From Deltaproteobacteria bacterium (GTDB lineage Bacteria > Myxococcota_A > UBA9160 > SMWR01), in contig JAQBHB010000027.1 in assembly GCA_032128115.1 (NCBI GenBank), positions 1-29,261 of the forward strand: 29,261 nucleotides of DNA, given 5' to 3'. The notes under the pieces were generated by a model that had not been told where the DNA came from, searched no databases, and was given only the letters and a program-made list of their open reading frames with translations. The position numbers and the translations under genes were made by a program. This document shows positions 25,049-29,261 of this stretch, one piece after another (within the stretch, counting starts at the first letter, position 1; each line of letters opens with the position of its first letter).

Positions 25049-25768
25049 CTACGCCGCGGCGAGGATGCCTTCGCCGACGACCTCCGCGCCCTCGAGACCG
25101 AGGCGGCGGCGGACGTCCGTGAGCGGCGTCGCCCACAGCGCGTGCCAGTCGGCGCCAAAGAGGGGCTCGGCGCGGCGGCCGGCGCTGTAGCCCGCGACCA
25201 GGGCGTCCATACGTGCCCGAAGCGTTTGCGGCGCCAGGAAGGCGGTGTTGAGGAAGATCACGGCCATCAGGATCAGGAAGAACGGCGCCTCGAACTGTGC
25301 GAGATAGAACGCGCCGAGCCCCACCTCTCCCGTGTCGTCGTTGCCCCAGCCGGTGGCCACGTGCCAGACATCGTGGGTGGCGTAGAACCGATCGAGCATC
25401 CGATCCACCGGGGCGTCTCCCGGGATGTGAACGAGATTGGGGTTGAGGCCCCGGGTGCGGCAGTGGTCCGCGTAGACGCGGCCCAGGGTTCCCTCGGGTA
25501 GCCGTGCCAGGGTTTCGAGATCGATGGGGCCGAAGCGATCCTTCTCGTCGACCATCGGGGCGGTGCGGGGATCGGCCTCGAGCTGCGCGACGATTCCCTC
25601 CCAGCGTGCGAGGCGCCGCCCCAGACGTGTGCGCGCGAGCCCGATCTCTACGATGGCCACCTCCTCGGTGTTCGTGAGATCGCGAAACGATCGCCACAGG
25701 GCGAGCAGGTACCGGAAGGGGTTCCGCGTGGGCCTTCCCGAGTAGCCGTAGCCGTCGGGCGCCTTCAT
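25049..25768 (-). CDS. Coq4-family protein
   Basis: ATGA-coupled start at 25768; LARLPEGTLGRVY and HDVWHVATGW....TGE (HDxxH-x11-E). Confidence 0.85.
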   Translation of the reverse strand: MKAPDGYGYSGRPTRNPFRYLLALWRSFRDLTNTEEVAIVEIGLARTRLGRRLARWEGIVAQLEADPRTAPMVDEKDRFGPIDLETLARLPEGTLGRVYADHCRTRGLNPNLVHIPGDAPVDRMLDRFYATHDVWHVATGWGNDDTGEVGLGAFYLAQFEAPFFLILMAVIFLNTAFLAPQTLRARMDALVAGYSAGRRAEPLFGADWHALWATPLTDVRRRLGLEGAEVVGEGILAAA

Positions 25769-26829
25769 GACGGGAACGCCGCGGGCCGGATTCCGTGGTG
25801 TCGATCGAACTCCTCGGCCACCCGCTCGTCGTCCTTCTGGAGCGCCTCGGCGTCCACGTCGGCGAAGCCGAGAATCCCCATCTTCGCGTACGCGTCCTTG
25901 ATGCGCGGCCCCCACAGACCGATGGCCTTGATGTTGGGGACGATTCGCGTGAAGAGGAAGGAGCGAAACTCCTCCATCCATGCGGAGTTGTCCGTGTGGT
26001 GGATGCATTCGTCCACGGGCAGGCCCAGCCGCTCCCACACCTCCTCGGCGAGAAAGCGATCGCGCATCAGAAGGCAGGCCTCGACCACGAACTCCTCGCG
26101 CTCGTCTCGCTCCTTGTCGGTGAGCTGCGGGTAGTATTCGCGCAGGGCCAGCCGTCCGAAGGCCACATGGCGCGCCTCGTCCTGCATGACATAGGCGTTC
26201 ACGGCCGCGGCCAGCGGGTTTTTCGCGCCGTCGCGAATCAACTGGAAGGCCGCCAGGGCCAGGCCCTCGATCAGGATCTGCATGCCCAGATACGTCATGT
26301 CCCAGCGGGAATCGCGCAGGATCTGGTCGAGGAGGGTTCGAAGCTGCGGGTTGATGGGGTAGGCGAGCTCGAACTTCTGGTGCAGCAGCCGGGAATACGC
26401 CTCCACGTGGCGCGCCTCGTCCACCACCTGCGTTGCGGCGTAGAACTTGGCGTCCATGCTGGGAACCTGTTGCACGATCTTTGCGGTGCAGATCAGGGCC
26501 CCCTGCTCTCCGTGGAGGAACTGGGAAAGCTGCCACGACTGGTAGTGGCGGCGGACGTCCGCCTTCTCGCGATCGGTGAGCTTCGCGAAGCCGTCCCAAC
26601 CGAAGATCGGGATCGACTCGTCGGGAAGACCTTCTGGGTTCTCGGGATCCAGGTCCTGCGACCAGTCGATGCGCTCCTCGGCGTCCCACTGGAGCTTCTT
26701 GCCCTTGCGATAGAGGTTCAGGAGATCGCTTCGCCCGTCGTCGTATTCGAAGCGGAAGGCCGTCTCGAACGAAGAGGGCACCGCCCAGTCGGTTTCGCTG
26801 GGCATCGCGTAGCGGTCGAAGGTACTCAT
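25765..26829 (-). CDS. Ferritin-like diiron oxygenase (AurF N-oxygenase family)
   Basis: SQFLHGEQGA, DEARHVE, IEGLAL, DEARHVAFG diiron ligands; AGGAGG RBS. Confidence 0.9.
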   Translation of the reverse strand: MSTFDRYAMPSETDWAVPSSFETAFRFEYDDGRSDLLNLYRKGKKLQWDAEERIDWSQDLDPENPEGLPDESIPIFGWDGFAKLTDREKADVRRHYQSWQLSQFLHGEQGALICTAKIVQQVPSMDAKFYAATQVVDEARHVEAYSRLLHQKFELAYPINPQLRTLLDQILRDSRWDMTYLGMQILIEGLALAAFQLIRDGAKNPLAAAVNAYVMQDEARHVAFGRLALREYYPQLTDKERDEREEFVVEACLLMRDRFLAEEVWERLGLPVDECIHHTDNSAWMEEFRSFLFTRIVPNIKAIGLWGPRIKDAYAKMGILGFADVDAEALQKDDERVAEEFDRHHGIRPAAFPS

Positions 26830-26870
26830 CGCGCGGATCGCCTCCTGTGGTCCGGACCTGAGCCTTGGGA

Positions 26871-26899
26871 ACCATGCGCTCTATCGAAACTTCTGTCAA
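26871..26899 (-). promoter_or_regulatory. Sigma70-like promoter for the diiron oxygenase-Coq4 operon
   Basis: Minus strand TTGACA - 17 bp - CATGGT with an AT-rich upstream tract. Confidence 0.5.
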
Positions 26900-27150
26900 T
26901 AAATTCAGATAGATATGAAGCTGAACCCGCTCGCCCGCGAATGGCTCGACTGGATCAGCTCGGGTCGACGACCCACACCCTGCCGAGCAGGCCGATCGAC
27001 ACCACTCTGCGGCCACGCTGCCGCAGTCTTCAAGGCGAAGCAACAATTCCGCACCGCCGAGCGGGTTCAGTGGGCGGCGGTCTGCCCGGTGCGCGGAGCA
27101 TCAGTTCGTGTCGCTGACGAAGGTCGTTCCCGGGGGTAGGATTCGACGGA

Positions 27151-28383
27151 ATGGGGGAGGAGATACGCTCTCTGTGTCTGGGCGTCCTGGCCGCCTCGAT
27201 GGCCTGGCCACTTGCGGGATGTTCGACCCGGCCGCTGCCTCGGGCGGTCGCCCCGATGTACTGCAGCCAGTTCGCCCGTCAGACGGCTTCGGTCCTGCTC
27301 GTGGGCGACGCCGGTGCCGCCACCCTCGGGGGGGCAGACACGACCCTCGGGGGGGCAGACACGACCGACGGGGCGTTCGCCGATCCGGTGCTTCGGGCCG
27401 TACGCGCAGACGTCGATGAACAGATCGCACGCGTGGGCAGAGACCGTACTGCGGTCGTCTATCTGGGAGACAATGTCTACCCGGCCGGTCTCGTGCCCGA
27501 GGGCCACAGGGACCGGGCCCACGGCGAGGCCGTGTTGAATGAACAGATCCGGGCGTCGGGTGACGCGGTGCTCTTCTTCACGCTCGGCAATCACGACTGG
27601 AACGAGTCCGACCCGGTTGGACCCAGGGGGCGCGATCGCGCGTTGCTGGAGGGTCACTATCTGCAGGGCCACGCCGTCGGGGCTCGACTGCTTCCGCCGG
27701 CCGGCTGCGCGGGGCCGCGTGTCGTCGAGTTCGGCCAGAACCTGCGCTTCGTCTTCATCGACCTCATGGGGTGGCTCCTGGCGATCGGACACCCGGATCA
27801 GGTCCCCGCAAGCTGTCGGCACCGGGAGTCGGAACGCATCGAGGCGGCGTTGAGGGAGGTCTATCGGGCCGACGGCCGGACGGAAATCTTGCTGATGCAC
27901 CACCCCCTGGTGACCGCGGGGCCCCACGGAGGAAATTTCACCTGGAAGCAGCATGTCTTCCCACTGACGGACTTCTGGCCCCACGCCTGGATTCCCCTGC
28001 CTGGGGTGGGGAGCTTGTATCCGCTGTCGCGCCAGTGGGGTGTCACCAACACCGACCTCAGCAACAAGGATTACCAGCGGCTCGTCGAGAAGCTGATTGC
28101 CGCCCAGACTTTTCATTCCCCCGCGATCCTGGCAGCCGGACACGAGCACAGCCTGCAGATTCACCGCAACCAGCAGGATCGGATCCAGGTCGTGAGCGGC
28201 GCGGGCAGCGTTTCCAAGGTCGATCGGGTGGAGGCGATGGACAGCCTTCTGATGGCGATTGCGGCACCTGGGTACGTCCGGCTGGATGAGTACGACGATC
28301 GCTCGTTGCGCCTCACCATGGTGGCGCTCCAGGATGACGATCGCCCCCGCGAGATCTTCCAGACCTGCACCACTCCTCGTTGA
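27151..28383 (+). CDS. Calcineurin-like metallophosphoesterase, probable lipoprotein
   Basis: LAGC lipobox; GDAG, YLGDNVY, GNHDW, HHP, AGHEH. Confidence 0.9.
   Translation: MGEEIRSLCLGVLAASMAWPLAGCSTRPLPRAVAPMYCSQFARQTASVLLVGDAGAATLGGADTTLGGADTTDGAFADPVLRAVRADVDEQIARVGRDRTAVVYLGDNVYPAGLVPEGHRDRAHGEAVLNEQIRASGDAVLFFTLGNHDWNESDPVGPRGRDRALLEGHYLQGHAVGARLLPPAGCAGPRVVEFGQNLRFVFIDLMGWLLAIGHPDQVPASCRHRESERIEAALREVYRADGRTEILLMHHPLVTAGPHGGNFTWKQHVFPLTDFWPHAWIPLPGVGSLYPLSRQWGVTNTDLSNKDYQRLVEKLIAAQTFHSPAILAAGHEHSLQIHRNQQDRIQVVSGAGSVSKVDRVEAMDSLLMAIAAPGYVRLDEYDDRSLRLTMVALQDDDRPREIFQTCTTPR
27322..27363 (+). repeat. Perfect 21-bp tandem duplication
   Basis: ACCCTCGGGGGGGCAGACACG x2, encoding TLGGADT x2. 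Confidence 0.95.
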
Positions 28384-28437
28384 TCTTCTCCAGCCCGACA
28401 TCGATTCCCTGTATGCTGGTCCCGAAGGAGATCCCCC

Positions 28438-28983
28438 ATGCGACTGAACGAGCCTCGCATCGCGCCCCTCGCCGACGAGGAGATGGACCCCGAGCTGCGC
28501 GCCCAGTTCGGCGACCGCCCGGTGCTGAACATCTTTCGCACCCTGGCCCATCACCCCAAGCTGATGAAACGCTGGCTGGTGTTCGGAAGCCATGTGCTCG
28601 GCAAGTCGACGCTGCCGCCGCGGGAGCGCGAACTGGTGATCCTGCGCATCGGGTGGCTATGCCGCGCCGAGTACGAGTGGGCGCAGCATGTCGTGATTGG
28701 CCGAAGCGCGGGACTCGGCGACGAAGAAATCGAACGCATCGCCGAGGGCCCGGAGGCCGCGGGCTGGAGCGAGATCGACCGTGCACTGCTGCGCGCCACC
28801 GATGAACTGCACGGCGACGCCTTCGTCTCGGATGCCACCTGGAAGGCGCTGCGCGCCGAGTTCGAAGACCAGCAGCTGATCGATCTGGTCTTCACCGTCG
28901 GCCAGTACAACCTGGTTTCCATGGCGCTCAACACGCTTGGAGTGCAGCTGGAGGACGGCGCAGCGGGATTTCCTTCGCAATGA
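28438..28983 (+). CDS. Carboxymuconolactone decarboxylase/AhpD-like protein
   Basis: NIFRTLAHHP, RERELVILR...C..EYEWAQH; AAGGAG RBS. Confidence 0.9.
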   Translation: MRLNEPRIAPLADEEMDPELRAQFGDRPVLNIFRTLAHHPKLMKRWLVFGSHVLGKSTLPPRERELVILRIGWLCRAEYEWAQHVVIGRSAGLGDEEIERIAEGPEAAGWSEIDRALLRATDELHGDAFVSDATWKALRAEFEDQQLIDLVFTVGQYNLVSMALNTLGVQLEDGAAGFPSQ

Positions 28984-29261
28984 GTGGACGGCTCGCCGAT
29001 CGGGTGGCGGTGGTGGTGGGCGCCGGGCAGACACCGGGCGACAGCATTGGCAACGGCCGCGCCACGGCGCTGCTCTTCGCGCGCGAGGGCGCGCGGGTGG
29101 TGGCGGCGGACCGCAATCTCGCTTCTGCGGAGGAGACCGTGAAGATGATCGAGGCCGAGGGCGGGGAGGCCAGCGCCTTCCACACCGACGCCACCTGCGA
29201 GGACGACTGCCGTGCGCTGATGGCCGCCTGCATCGGCCGCTACGGCCGCATCGACATCCTG
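28980..29261 (+). CDS. SDR-family oxidoreductase (partial)
   Basis: ATGA overlap; MSGRLADRVAVVVGAG...IGNGRATALLFAREGARV...GRIDIL. Not in the ORF track. Confidence 0.9.
   Translation, partial: MSGRLADRVAVVVGAGQTPGDSIGNGRATALLFAREGARVVAADRNLASAEETVKMIEAEGGEASAFHTDATCEDDCRALMAACIGRYGRIDIL

Noticed and set aside
20560..25501. Long alternative-frame ORFs (769, 607, 591, 345 aa and similar)
   Set aside because: Shadow ORFs of GC-rich genuine genes; Arg/Pro/Ala-rich without motifs.
25769..27046. N-terminal extension of the 665-aa ORF
   Set aside because: Overlaps the diiron oxygenase in another frame; the Coq4-like gene starts at the ATGA overlap.
26915..27139. 74-aa ORF upstream of the phosphoesterase
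   Set aside because: No RBS or recognisable domain; cannot be supported.
1..29261. CRISPR array, rRNA, merB
   Set aside because: No regularly spaced repeats, rRNA-like sequence or organomercurial lyase motifs were seen.

Overview
GC-rich bacterial window in three parts; a Myxococcota/deltaproteobacterium-like host is inferred from the PEP-CTERM protein and gene content. (1) 1-14748 is the distal end of a genomic island, bounded by a displaced tmRNA (ssrA) 3' end at 14715-14748. It carries an IS110 end abutting a truncated attC-like site, a PD-(D/E)XK nuclease-like gene, Cys-rich and PEP-CTERM secreted proteins, and a catalytic-domain-only tyrosine recombinase with a lox-like palindrome whose extended site is interrupted by an IS5. 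It also carries an atypical mercury/heavy-metal cluster: merR-merF-merA-orf-merT-merP, a CDF transporter, a second MerR-family regulator, a frameshifted merC-like gene, a thioredoxin-like gene, an HMA protein, an NHL lipoprotein and an outer-membrane barrel. (2) ~14750-20380 holds a decayed large serine recombinase reading into the ssrA end, an IS3 scrap and a receiver-rich two-component signalling islet. (3) 20384-29261 looks like backbone: a partly decayed KamA/ATP-grasp/GNAT-deacetylase operon, AurF-like and Coq4-like genes, a metallophosphoesterase, a CMD protein and a partial SDR. All calls come from reading motifs; no searches were run.
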